In this document: piece after piece, positions 1 through 12,800 of the stretch
How the letters are laid out: every line of letters starts with the position of its first letter
Position numbering within the stretch: position 1 is the first letter of the stretch
Assembly (NCBI GenBank): GCA_009103225.1
Contig: RHPI01002069.1
Span: 831,378 to 895,377, forward strand
Length of the DNA: 64,000 nucleotides
From: Chlorokybus atmophyticus
Taxonomy: Eukaryota > Plantae > Mesostigma and Chlorokybus algae
Direction of reading: 5' to 3'
Position numbers and translations under genes: made by a program
Notes under the pieces: generated by a model
The model's input: the letters and a program-made list of their open reading frames with translations, nothing else
Told to the model about the DNA's origin: nothing
The model's database searches: none

Positions 1-18
1 GATTCAAGATTGTCATTT

Positions 19-1190
19 TCACCAGTGATGTACGAGACGTACCAGAAAGATCCGGAAGGTGAGACTGATGCGCACAGAGGAGCACCCTTTGCGGCGTGGA
101 ATCTCATGCGTCCAGGTCTGATGCAGTGCGCGCGGCATAATCAACAGGCTACCACTGGCCAGTGGCAGCACTGTCTTGCACTTGACTGGATCTGCCTTCG
201 CCCTTAGTATGAAGTCTCTGACTGCGCCCAAACTTAGCCCCGCCACATGCACGCCCTGCGCACGGTAACTGCTGTTCGCAAGTATACCACACACACACAA
301 TGCCACACGCATACACGCAGGCACAAACACACACATGCGCGTGGGTTGGCAACCATGGCATACAACACCGCGACCCACACACTCACAGGCACATACACTC
401 CCACATGCACGTGCGCACACACATGCGTACAACGCGCGCGTGTGGGCACTTGTATGTGCATAGGCACATGCACACATGCAACAGCATGCATACATGCACT
501 CACGTTCACGACTGTGCCTTACCATGCTCTTTTCAAGGTCCGCATGCCTTGCGATGCTGTCGTTGCCATCATTGTATCTATTCAAGAGCGCTGCGTTGTA
601 CGTCACCCCTGTCACGCCTTCAACGATGGCTTTCAACGCAAGCACGGTCGGTGTCCAGGGCTCAGACTCCACCTGCTGCCCTGAATATTCGTAGGCCACA
701 CCTTTATCACCCTACCATTCACACAGCAATGTGTTTGCACTCTAGACACTTGATAAGCTCACAGCACTGCTTTCAACACATACAGACAAACCTGTAAAGA
801 GACTAATCGAGGTGACTCGTGTATTTTTCCGTGCACCCGCACTTTTCTTCTCTGCCAGTTGACCTCCTGGTCCAGCTTGGCAATGCAGCTGTCGGCATAC
901 GCGGGGTCCAGCAACCGAGGGTAATAGTCGATGGACATTGTCGGAGACAGCTGGATGGGTTTGCAAAGAGGAGATGAAACCGACTCGGGCTTGTTGTTGT
1001 TGTTGTTGTTCGTCTTCTCAGCGCTTGCACTAACAAAACCAGACAGTGTCGTCTGCCGTGTGCGCGTAAGAGTTCTCCTGCGCTTATCACCAGCAGTTGG
1101 GTCCTCACCTAACTGCTCGCAGAAAAGCTCATCAGCATCAGCAAGAGTTGAAGTTTCAACATGCTGTTGACTTGACTTGCGAGTTATCAT
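19..1190 (-). CDS. ALKBH2: AlkB-family Fe(II)/2OG dioxygenase, ALKBH2/3-like DNA alkylation repair (3 exons)
   Basis: Spliced pieces give ...VHGKIHESPRLVSLQ|GDKGVAYEYSGQQVESEPWTP...YNAALLNRYNDGNDSIARHADLEKSM|GVHVAGLSLGAVRDF...LASGSLLIM...WTHEIPRR...RISLTFR. These contain the HxD...H iron ligands and the RxxxTFR 2OG motif. The start at ATG 1190 is inferred. Confidence 0.85.
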
Positions 1191-2188
1191 CAAATTCGTT
1201 GACAGCAACACTCTGTTGCATGGGACTAGATGACGAACAGACAGTGTGTCTACTCTGGGTAGCACTTGCTGGTAGCCCTATCACCGCATGGCCTTTACAT
1301 GCATTTAAATCAAGTGTCGTTCGTGCAGCAAAGAATGCAGATCACCATGCCGCTAGTCAATTCCCCTTGATAAGCCTTGCGCAGCTCTCAAACAAAGCTT
1401 GCGCAGTCAGCAGTCAACAGTCGCACAGCAAACTGCATGCACCTGTCCGTCATCGTCGCGGCTGCGCTTAACGCTACTAGCCTCCACCATCCTGCAGCTT
1501 GGGGCAGCTGCTCCTGTGCTGATCGGCGGATGACAGCGAAACCCTTTCCGAAGCCCAACAGGGTATGCTCCGCAGATGTTTGGGGCGGTCACCACGTGCA
1601 AACAGCACCGAGCAAGCCTTACACCACTGCCAACAGCTCCAAGCATCCGAAGCACCAAGAAAGGAAACTGTATACGGTACACATGCTCAGCACGATACTA
1701 GTAAAGACACAGCCTACCGCGGCGATGTCCTCCTCCACCTCGCCGCCGCTCCCGCCGCCGTCCCCGTCGCTCAGTCTAAGTTCGCATGCTGCTGGCAGCC
1801 AAAACCGACACCAACCCTGTTTGACCGAGCCGGTTTTTTGCCGATCGCTATCGAGCTGTTTGGCGCCACATTGTGGAACGCAAGCCCCTGCCGTCCGTTT
1901 GCGAACGGTCGCCAACGACAAGCTGGAACCAGCACGCACACCAAGGCCGTCCGATCTGACGTGGTAGTGGAGATTTGCTTGCGGGGTGCTAATAGTCGCA
2001 ACACAATTAAGAGATTGCCTTATACGCAAGGAGCAGGCCGTCGAGGAGCATGAGAAGGAGAAAGAGAAGGACAAGGAGGAGGCGGTGGAGGATATTGTGT
2101 CGTGTGAACAAGCTGTCGGCCGATGCTAGAGTCGATGGTTGAGGTTAGGGTAGCTGTGCTGAGGTAAACTGTCTGTTGGCATGAGGTG

Positions 2189-4674
2189 ATGGCGCCACGC
2201 GATGCTGCCGCCGGTGTGGTGGACGACAAGGCGGCGTTGGTGGTGGATGGGGCGGGCGTGGAGAGGAGTTTAAGCGGGTGTGCAGATGTTGACAGTGGTC
2301 ACGACGGTTCACCCTCTACCAGCAACTCCCCTGCCGCTGCAGGAGCTGGAGGACACCAGCAACACTGCCCCAAGTGCTTGGAGAGGGAGACGGCAGTACA
2401 CAGGTTCTTGAGGTCCACGCTCAGGGGAGCCGTCATTGGTGGTGGACTCAAAGGGGGCTTGCAGCTGTTTGCGCTGGTGGGACACCTCAGGAAAAGATCT
2501 TCGTTGCAGAGGTGTGTTCAACGTTCGCGCACGTGTGCGCAACACGTACCTCAATGCGCAATGGTGGTTTTGACATGTGGCATTAGGTCAGCATGGCACA
2601 AGTCAGCGTTTGTAGAGGCTGGCACCCAGCAGCGTCTTTGTCTGCAGTGGCCTACAGCTGGTGCATGTGCTCAACACTGTTGACTGAGCAGCAGTGAGCA
2701 GTTCAGAGTTGAGAGATTGGTACGTTCGCAGGCGTGGTGCCAAGCTTCATTCTGTCAGCCATGAAGTGTCGCTTGTGGGCAGGGAGACCCTGCGCTATGC
2801 GCTGTTCCTGGGCACGTTTGCTGGCGGATTTTCATGCTTGGATGAGGCGCTGGCAGCTGTCTTTGGGCGCCGTAGGTAAGTCATGTTGAACTATGCTTCA
2901 TTGCAACAACAGTGCAGCAGCGTTACACCATCTTGTGGAGAACTGAGCATGTAGTTAATGCAAGCTACAAGTCAAAGTTGTGCAGCATGTTTAACTGCAA
3001 CATAGCGTCCCAGTTAGCAAGAGAGTACTATTGCACAGGTCTGCTGGATGGAGATCCTTGCTGGCAGGAGGCCTGGCAGGCCCTGCGCTGCTGCTGACCG
3101 GATGGGGTTCTCGGCATTACAGCATGGCCGTGTACATTTTGCTCAGAGGTCTGGTGCTGCTTGCACGCTGCGGGTTGAAGTGGGATCGGACAAAGAACTT
3201 TTGCAAGCCATTGGCCTGGAAACATGGCGACGTGGCGCTGATGTGTCTGTCCTCAGCGCAGATATTGTGAGTAACCCTGGGTGTTTCATAAGTGCGCTGG
3301 TCTCGCGCTTTTCCTTGTAATGCAAGGGGGAAGTGTTGCACCACTGCGTCCTTGCACGTATCTCATCAGCTGTGGCCCACATGTGCTAGCTAGATGTAGA
3401 TTAGGTCAGCAGTCTTTGGGGCATTTCTCGTGGGCACCGTGCATGTTTGCACCTGGGAGATCAACATATGGCGCTGCTTGTGTGTCAGTTGTGGGAGGCA
3501 TACTGAGCGTACTGAGGGAGCAGTGCAGCTGTGTGTACATCACAATGACTTGCCTTTAGACATCAGAGGACACGTGTTCCTCGCTGCTGATGTATTTGTA
3601 ACTGTGCACAGATATGCCTGGATACTGCAGCCGTCTACTCTTCCACCCTCCTACATCTCTTTTCTTAACAAGCATGGGGGCAAAGATGTGTCAATCATTC
3701 GTACTCTCGCTCAAATCATTGCGCGAGGGGGTGCAACAGGCCCGAACAGTCGTACAGCTTCAGCTCCTCCGCCTTCCAACCTGCCGAAGCTGCCTTGCCC
3801 GGTATGCTACTTGGTAGACTTATCAGTTGTGATTGAAGGGTGGTATGACAGTCGACCTGTCGGCAGGTGGTCCACTCAGGGCTGAGTTGCACATGGCACT
3901 ACCTCTCGTTCTTCCCGTCTGCATACATGCGCGCCCTTCCCGTGTACCTACCTGTTTACCTGGTGCCAGCATTGCTGGTGCATCGCGCAGGCCTCCTCAC
4001 AAGGTGTGCATTGTGTGGTACGGGCAGTGCAGCACTCTGGCTTTGTACAACCCTTCAAGCTTCTATCATTCAGGCCGTTGAACATCATTACCAAGGCGTT
4101 GATGGGAGCGTTTCGGTCGAGTGTTTTCCTAGCTGCCTACTGCACAACAGCTTGGTAAGCCCCGATTGCGCTGTGTATGCACGAAAGCCACAGCAGCAGC
4201 AGCATTTGTTACCACACGCATCACTGCAGGGGTGGCACATGCCTGACGCATAACCTGCTGCAAAGCACCTCTGGTGCAAAGTTGGCGCTTGGAGCAGTGA
4301 GTACACGAACTTTTTGCTGTGTTTGTTGCCATGCGCAAGCCTGACAGGACCTAACGCTGAAGATTACACTTGTTCAGGCGCCTGCCGGTCTGGCTGTTCT
4401 GTTTGAGAAGAAAAGCCGCCGCATGGAGCTGGCCCTGTACTGTACTGCCCGTGCGATCGAGAGCTTTGCACGCTGCACCACAGCGTGGGGTTGGGTCAAG
4501 GGCGTGCATCTCCTGCAAAGGCTTGATGTTGTGCTATTCAGTCTTGCAACAGCAACCATCATGCACTGCTACTCACGCGAACGAGACGTCTTCCGGTCCA
4601 AGTACCTCAACATCCTCGATTGGGTCTTTGGCGTACCACCAGAAGACCCTGGCGATTATGTCAAGTTGCACTGA
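2189..4674 (+). CDS. TMEM135: Transmembrane protein 135-like (peroxisomal/mitochondrial membrane protein), multi-exon
   Basis: Exons encode RETLRYALFLGTFAGGFSCLDEAL, LAGGLAGPALLL, GDVALMCLSSAQIL|YAWILQPSTLPPSYISFLNKHGG, RALPVYLPVYLVPALLVH, MELALYCTARAIESF and VFRSKYLNILDWVFG, all typical of plant-type TMEM135. Confidence 0.85.
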
Positions 4675-4856
4675 GGTTGCACTTGTTCATCAAAGAGTCA
4701 GCTCAGATGGACATGATTCGCTGGCGCTCATTCGCGCAGTTGCACCTGTCGAGGCTACATCCTCGTCACACCTCAAGGGTCTGCAAGCATGGCTGTCTTG
4801 TTAAATTGCGTTCTTGCTGCAAGTCAGCTATGTGTAAGTGTATATTGCTGCGTAGC

Positions 4857-6319
4857 TTAGGTAGGGTAGGGTAATTGGTGACTCGTATGCTTGCTTCCTG
4901 AAAGCGGAAGGCTCCGGCGCGGGTCCTGGTGACAGCGTGCAAAGTGAACCTGGATTGAGAGTGAGCGTCAGTTTGAGTTGCCTACCCAAAGTGATGTGCT
5001 CTGAGTTGTGCCGTTTCGTTGGTGAGAGGTATCGGCTCACCGGTCGTGTGCGATTGCGCAGAGTGTAGTCTTCAACTGCGCCTCCAACTGTGTGCATGCT
5101 CTGGGCATGAGGTCTGCTAACAGGCAAAGCATGCGAGCATGGCGTGACCTTCAGCACTTGTGTATTGTTTATGGCAGTGTCACCTTCAGCTTGAGGTAAA
5201 TGCAGCTCTGACCATATGCTGCAATGGCCCCAGCCATGTAGGTTGTGTGGGGAGACTATGACACATTGTATCCGCAAGTTGGCACCAAAGATTTTGGACA
5301 GCGAATATTTTCAAGGGCTTCAGTCGAGTGCTCTCACATGAAGGGATTGGGTATTTTGTTGCAGTGATCCGGCAATCCATTGCGGAGATGACAGTGCAGA
5401 GGTGTGTTGGCACATATCCTTTGCGACAGCATAGGGTACAGGAACCCGTGGTAATACTGACTGCCAAGCGCACAACAAAACACCAACAGCACAATCTTTG
5501 GTGAACAACACCACCACCGCTAGCCTACAGGGGCTCTATTCTAAGTGAATGCAAGTGTATGTGCGTGGGCAGGGCAGGCAGAGGGAGCAGCGAGCTTAAC
5601 CTGCAGTCGAGTAGAGTCCGCTGCTACCTTGTACTGTCCCTGCAATGATACATGATGCTAGACAAAAGAAGGGAAGAGATTCACCCAACCAGGCACGTCA
5701 AAAGGCACTGCCGTAGCTCAACATACTAGTATTATGCTACATCTGGTAGGGGCATCCAACCGCACGCAACTGTGTTCTCACTTGTCAAGCATAAGCGTTG
5801 TTGCAACGTGTGCTGTGAGCAGATGCCAAGTTACACGACGTGCCAGTGCAGAGAGCGCGAATGCAACAATCGTGCACCAGCGTGTTTGCATGCCATCACC
5901 CCCTGCGCACACAACTACTCTGCTGACACACACGACAAGACTTGCGTTGCGTGTGTCACACTCCCATGCATGCCACAAGCCTTGCATCGCATATACTTCA
6001 CACAGCAGCATGTCTGTATCTGGTGTGACTTTTGCCGTTGGTGAGGCATGCACCGACTCCGCACAACTGAGCACATACAGCAAACACGGGTTGCAGCGCG
6101 AAGGCGCCATAGTGTTATTTAGTTCGCTCACTGCCGTTGTGTTTATTGTCAAGCAGGGATGCATGCATGACAATCACACGTCAGTCATCAGCGACACTCA
6201 CCTTGTGTAAGCCCGAAACAAGGTGAGTGACACCAACTAGACAGCACTGCTGTCGCAGCAGGCTGCTGTAACCTGTGATGACAACTGCTGCGCCAGACCC
6301 AGTCAGCGAACGTCCACAT
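4857..6319 (-). CDS. Possible multi-exon gene of unknown function
   Basis: A (GCG)9 tract sits in the 5' position. Several AG|GTGAGT donors and TGCAG acceptors lie on the minus strand, with short open exon-like pieces (e.g. AAYGQSCIYLKLK, DLMPRACTQLEAQLKTTLCAIAHDR, RFTLHAVTRTRAGAFRF). No family was recognised. Confidence 0.3.
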
Positions 6320-6948
6320 GCGCAGCCGGTTTCGAGTGCAAGCGGCGGCGGCGGCGGCGGCGGCGGCGGTAGTGGCAAGGAGTAAAGGGGAGTGAGACTA
6401 AGACTAAGACGGCCGGAGGAGGCAAAGAGGCACAAAGTTCCCTCACAGATAAGGGTGCCTTGCGCACGTTCAAAGAGGCCGCACTGTGCTGAGCTGTGCA
6501 GCCTTTGATCTACGCTTCAAGAAATACGCACACAGCCAGGTACAAGAAGGCACTTGCCTTGGTTTGAGTTACACTCTCTGTTTGTTTTGGGGTATGCCTA
6601 GCCAGCATTGCTGTTTGCAGTGCAAGCTCGTTCGGTCCCAGCACAGTCGCTGCAAGCTGCCAGTAGCATACCTGCGTCAGCACTGCACACGCAGGCACAC
6701 AAATGCGTGCACACACGCGCACGGATACACACAAACATGCACATGCGCGTGCGCCCGCATGCGCGGCATGGTATTAGAGATGACGATGATGAGCGGAACG
6801 CTCTCCAAACACACAGTGCATGAAGCGCAGTTGTGCGCAGCACAGAGGTGACACAATCGACAACCCTCATATACACATCTGTTATCTGATGCGTGCGTGT
6901 GCCTGTGTGTGTCCTCAGTCTCTTCAACCACACGAGAAGAAACACCAC

Positions 6949-8406
6949 ATGCTGAGGCCGTTAAGGACTTTCATACTTGCGCACCATCACCATCGGCGCC
7001 ACTTCACCACTCCAACACGCCTCCACAGCAGCTCCAGCAGCATCAGCGCCGCTTTCGCCAACTTCGTGCGCGACAACAACAACGCCCGCACTGCCGCCAT
7101 GGCAGGTGATGCTGCCGAGGTGGTCGCTGGCTCCAAGCTGGAGTTCAGACTGGCGGAGTGGCCGGATGAGGATGTAGCGGCCCTCAGGACACGCCTCACC
7201 AATCATGCCCCGCCAGGTGGTGAGACGACATTGTTCTGTGATGCAGTTGTTGTGTATAGTGCAGGTGTGCATGCCCTATCCCAGCTGGTTGGTTATGCCA
7301 CTCAGCATCCATTGGTTGTACGTGTGCAGATGTGCCTGGTTCGCCGTCACGCGTGGTGCAAAAGACGGAAGCCAACCGCGCAGCGGTGCTCGTACCTCTC
7401 TTCAGGTGCACAACAACAACATGTGTCAAGCTGCCAAGCTGTTGTAGTCTTCTCAACTGGTACTTGTGTACGCATGCACCACACAAGTCAGGGACGTGCA
7501 CGGCGGCGACACACGAGTGCTGCTCACCAAACGCTCATCCCGGCTCTCCACTCACAAAGGTAAAGCATGTTGACTTGAAGTCGGCTGCACACGGCCACAA
7601 GTATGCAGTGCGTGTCACTTGTCACAAGTCACAACTGTGCACTACAAACAGGGGAGGTTTCGCTGCCGGGAGGGCGGCTGGACCCATCCGACGGTGGAGA
7701 TGATGCAGTGGCGGCGCTGCGCGAAGCGCATGAAGAGATTGGACTGGTAAGGGAAGCAGTTGCAGGCACATGCACGTTCGATACTTTGCACACGATGTGA
7801 CAACATGTGATTGGTGTGCAAGGACCCAAGCTGCGTGAATGTCGTTGGCCAGCTGCCCTCCTTCCTATCAAAGGTATGTTGCGTGCCACAGATGCAAAGG
7901 CAGTTTGTAGAAGACAGTGCAGACATGAGCGAATGATGCGGTTGCCATGTGCTGTCAGCATCTACTGCACGTCACGCCCGTGGTTGGCGTGCTGTCCGGC
8001 GGCGTGGTGTTTGAGCCGCGCCTCAACGCGGATGAAGTTGAGGAGATATTCGAAGCCCCGCTGGCTATATTTCTCAAGGTATTTGGCGGGCATGTACATG
8101 CGTGCGTGCGTGCGTGCGTGCGTGCGCGTGTGTCAGTTTTGGGCTCTCATGAAACAGCACATCAGACACAACCCCTGTCTATTTCTTGACGCACAGAGTG
8201 AGGGACACCGGCATCAGGACATTGCCTCCCCTGTGGACCGGAGGTCTGAGGAGCGCGAGGCTCAGCTGCGGCTGCACTACTTTGACCACGGGGGTTACGT
8301 CGTGTGGGGCCTCACGGCTGCCGTGCTGATACGCGCGGCATCGGTGTATTATGGCACTCAGCCGGCATTTCAGGAGTTTGCCGATGTGCCCTGCGGTCAT
8401 AGGTGA
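6949..8406 (+). CDS. Nudix hydrolase, CoA pyrophosphatase subfamily (NUDT7/8, AtNUDX11/15/22-like), with organellar-type N-terminus
   Basis: Contains AAVLVPLF, VLLTKRSSRLSTHKG|EVSLPGGRLDPSDGGDDAVAALREAHEEIGL (Nudix box with the upstream CoAse motif), NADEVEEIFEAPLAIFL and YVVWGLTAAVLI. The N-terminus is Arg/Ser/His-rich. Confidence 0.9.
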
Positions 8407-8539
8407 CGCTTTGTGATGCAGCGACAGGGACTCTCAGGACTGTCTCGTTGGTCGCAACGTGGCATATCAATGGCTGTTAGCCAACCACTATGACAAAACC
8501 AACCCAAAGAAAAATCAAGTGTGCATGTGTTGACTGAGT

Positions 8540-9525
8540 TACTGCATGAGCCCCTTGGATGTGCAAGGCAACAGTTTGTGCATACACGATACCACCATGC
8601 GAGTTGGAGGCTTTCTTCTATGCGACATTGTTGATAAGCTCAAGAGTTGTTGAATTGGGATGTGGTTGATTGCGTATGGTAATGCATGCATGTGGCGTAC
8701 GACCTGTACACCTTGTGACAATTGGCATTGATGCAAGCAGCTTTGCTAGTTCTCACCGACGAGCAGGACGATGTGGTGTTTGGATGGCCTAACATAAGCA
8801 AAAATGGTGCCCATGCTGTTTTCAGAAAATTCAGCACACACGCCGTCTATACTAACTTGTGGTATAGTATACTGCTAGCAAGAGCAGTTTCATCCGTGTT
8901 GGTAACAGCAACTTGCTACTGAACATGCATAACTACAGCGGCGACATACTTAATGGTGCTCAGCCGACTGCACATGTTGTACACAGCATGTGCGGTTTGC
9001 CATTCGTCACCGTAAGCACGATGCCGCTGTAGTTGTACACCTTCAGCACCAAGTATCCCCCCCTCCCCCTCTGCATTAAACCAATGCACGCGGCTGCGCC
9101 TGAGCAGTTGAGATCAGCGCACTTAAGGTTGTTCGAGTACGGGTCCAAAGCACCAACGCACACACAGCGTCCAGCGTCAGCACCTCCAGCCGCCCCACTT
9201 CATGCAGATCTGATCCGATGGCAGCTTCTTCTCCTGCGTGGTTGACAAACGCCGCCTGCGGTTCAACGTGGACAAGCCTTCCTAGCTAGAACATGTCAGT
9301 AAGACAGCTTCATACCAGCTCACAGTGAGCCGTTGTGGCAGTTGAGGTGAGCCGCCCGACTCGACTCTCCGACCCCCTCGCATTTGCGGCGATCGCCAAA
9401 TCTGCCATGCGCTTCTGGGTGTGCACTGTTCCACCGAGAAACGGTGCAACAGGTTACCCATGCAAGGCATGCCAGCACAGCCGCAAGGCTCATACCTTTC
9501 CTCGCAGCCCAGCCCTCCGCACCAT
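8540..9525 (-). CDS. Possible small multi-exon gene, unknown function
   Basis: CpG-rich 5' region with a CCG tract, ATG-GTG-CGG...AAG|GTATGA donor, and later exon-like pieces (GGYLVLKVYNYSGIVLT). The frame could not be resolved. Confidence 0.25.
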
Positions 9526-9870
9526 CCTCAACCACCGCCGCCGCCCCCGCCGCCGCTTGTCGTTGATAGCTTTGTGGCCTTCACAGCATAGGATTGTCGC
9601 AACCGTAGCACGCAACGAATTTGAATATCTTGTGGCGGGAATTAGGGTTTGCCAGCTGGCATACAGGCGGTGGCCGCGAGGGTGGCGGTGGTGCGGCCGA
9701 GGTGGAGGAGGACGAGAAGGAGGAGGGGCCATTCACCCAGCGCTAAAATTTGTTCTGTGGATGCAACTTTAGATCTGCGCTATGACTGTTCCCAGCTGGC
9801 ATGGATCGGCAGCCGCAGCGTTGTGGCACCGTTACTGCTGAAGGGTTCTACAGCGTGAGGCTGCTTCGCC

Positions 9871-12800
9871 ATGTCGACTGTGAGGAGCTCAAGGGAGGAC
9901 CATGCTGCTGCTGGCAAACGCAAGGTACTGTGGGTGACTTCTGTGAGCTTCCAAGTGCTTCGTTTGTGCGTTGAGTTGATGCTCTACAAGTGTAACTACC
10001 GTTTGAATAGTTTTGCCGTCATGACAGTACAGTCCGCTGCGTCCGGAAGCGACGATAGCATGCATGCACATACATTGCAAGCCGACGCCTAGCATGCTGC
10101 ATGATATCAATGTGTTCGGGCGTCCCGCGGCACAGTACAACACTGGATCTGTGCAGCAAACCTTGTAGCACAAACATCAGGGCCTTGCTGCATACGTTTG
10201 AGCTGTGATCAGTGGCAACCCTATACTTGTTCAGGCGCATTCAATTCAAGCAGTCTTGTTGCCCTTGTGCATGCGTGTGCTGTATGGTTGTAGAACAATG
10301 TTGGTTAAGCTTTGGGACGCTGCATTGGCAGTCAGCTATGTGCATGACTGCTGCGGGCAAGCCTTGCTGCGGATCGTCGTGTACGTGTACCGTCTACAAC
10401 AGGCATGTCAGTGTGGTGCTTGATGACATCAAACACTTGCGAACCATGTGACACTGCAGAACTCTTGATTGGATGCGCGGGCTGATACTGCGGGCAGCAT
10501 GTGCGTACAGTCATGTATCGTCGATCTATTGCTGTCAACGTTTCGGAACATTCAGACTGATCTTCATCAAGCACTTGCCGATGTGCTGTTGTCAGTAAGG
10601 ACGACTGCTTGTCTCATCTTACTGCATGATGGGTTTGCTGATCTATGCGTGCCTCATCACACCTAGATACTTGCCACGAATGAGGCATTGGTTGAACGTA
10701 ACAGTAGTAATAAGTTTGCAACCTAATGTAACGTGTTAGTTGCTGTGGGCCTGGTATTATGCTGTGACCTTGCAGTAGCTCACACAGTTGCTGCTGCAGC
10801 TTCAAGAGTACCGACTCAAGAAGCAGCAAGAAGCAGAGGACAGGGCAAAGCGCACTTCTCAGTCTCCGGCTGCTACTACAAGCGCCAGTGAAGCATTTGC
10901 AGCCACATTTGAGGCCGATTCACGCTTCAATGCAGATTTATCAGAGTCACTTCCGCCTGCACGATCACACTCCAATGGGTCTCCACAATTGAGTCGTGTA
11001 GCAGATCAGCCTTCAAGCCAAGACATCAAGCGTATTGAAGCGCTTCCACAGGCTGTGGACTTGCACACCATCGCACCAACCTATGAACTTCCATCAACTC
11101 CATTGCCAGAATTCAGCTCATCAGCAAACACTGAGAGACCAGCACAACCAGCTCCATTTCGGGTTGTGGAGAATGGCATCCCTTTCAGGGACGACAGAGG
11201 CTCAATTGACCAGATGTTGAATGAACGACTAAGTGGACACCTTGAGCATCAGCTGCATACCACCGTTCATTCACAGGTAAGGCGTGCATGTCATGTAGCT
11301 TTACGAAGTATGCGTCATTGTTAAGGTACGACTTATGGCAGCCATATGCCTGCTGACACTGTGCGGGTCGCTTACCAGGCCAATGGTTCATTGTTTCACC
11401 ATGCAACCCCAAAGAGCAGCGGCCTGCCAGAAGACCGCTCACTGCCTCTGCAACCACAGCAAAATGGGGAAGCATCATATGCAGCCAATTCTGTTTCACA
11501 GATTCCCGACGAGCATGTCAGGTCATTCTCTTCGGCCAGCATGAGCCACCGTGCTGGTGCAGCACCACCACCGCCACCTTCCAAGTCTGATAAGATTGAT
11601 GTAAGTTTGCATGCTATGCACACATTCAGTGACCGTCGCGGTGTATTGGGACTCGTGCTGCTCGCGACACGAGGAACTGCTACAGTAGCTCATTAGCACT
11701 TACATGCACCAGGAGCGGTACACCGCACTCATTGAAGCAGCCACTACAAGGGAAGCCAAGTATGCTGAGCTGCAAGATGCATACAACAAGTTGCAAGCAC
11801 GTGCACTTGATGCAGAGCGGAGTTTGAAAGCTTCGGCAGTAGCCTCAGCACAGACCCTGCAAGCGCTTCGAGACAGTCATGCAGAGGAATTGCGGTCTCT
11901 GCAATTCCAACATGCAAAGCTTCAGGTACTGCAACGTGTTCGTGCCTGTATGATGTTGTTTGCCATGTGGCTGTTGGCCAACCCTGGAAATTTACACTAT
12001 GTTTGGCAGAATGAGCTTGAAACCATGCAGCTTCAGCAGAAAGGTTTTCGCACAGGGTTGCAAAAGGCAAATGAGGAGAAGGCAGCCCTTCTGCGCAAGG
12101 CATGTGTTTGTTTAGGTAGCAGTATTGTCTAGAGCTGTCGTCTGCAGTTTAGTTAGTAGGTAGCGATGATGACATTCCATGACTGCAGGTTGAAGACTTG
12201 ACGCAGTCTCAAGCAGCGTTGCAGGCTCAGTGGCCTTCATCCAAGGTAGGACTGCCCGACTGTGTTGAACTGCACATGCTGTGCACATGGGATTTACACA
12301 TTGATGACCAACTGAATACCCGGCATACTTGCAGGTGTCGGAGTTTGATGCGAAGCAGGAGCAGTGGCAGAAAGAGCGCCAGCAACTTGAGGCTGAGTTG
12401 CAAGCAGCATTTGAACTTCGGGAGCGCTCAGAGGAGGATCGGCGAAAGGTATGCATGAAACGTGTGTACATGTGTGCACTTGTTAAGATGCGTGCCATCC
12501 AAGCTGAGGTGATGAACCTGAACAGGCGATGTTACTGGTAGCGGCAACCAAAGCACAATTTGACGAGGTGTCTGCTGAGCGTACTTCCTTGCAGCGGGCA
12601 AGGGTATGGCTAGAATAAAAATTTGCCTCTGCGTGCTCCAGGACGAAATCACACAGTGACGCACATCTGCTTTTTGCAGGATGATATGGCTGCGCAGTTG
12701 CGAGTTGCCAAGTTGCGATTGCAAGAAGCCGAAGAAGACCAGTACAAGGTTGGCTCATGGTTCCTATGTTAGAACAAGGCTGGCACATGGCTATACTTGG

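Noticed and set aside
234-797. Several overlapping H/T/C/V-rich ORFs on both strands
   Set aside because: They are translations of (CA/TG)n-type intronic microsatellite in the ALKBH2-like gene. The same applies to ORFs near 5.7-6.9 kb, 17.9-18.3 kb and 48.4-49.4 kb.
1377-2074. 196-aa (+) and 151-aa (-) ORFs; a HCGTQAPAVRLRTV stretch vaguely like a GRF zinc finger
   Set aside because: The remaining GRF/Cys residues are missing, and the region is the spacer or UTR between divergent genes.
5414-5422. ATATCCTTT, matching the U12 5' splice-site consensus
   Set aside because: It lies on the + strand, where no gene is evident, and no matching U12 branch point or AC acceptor could be placed.
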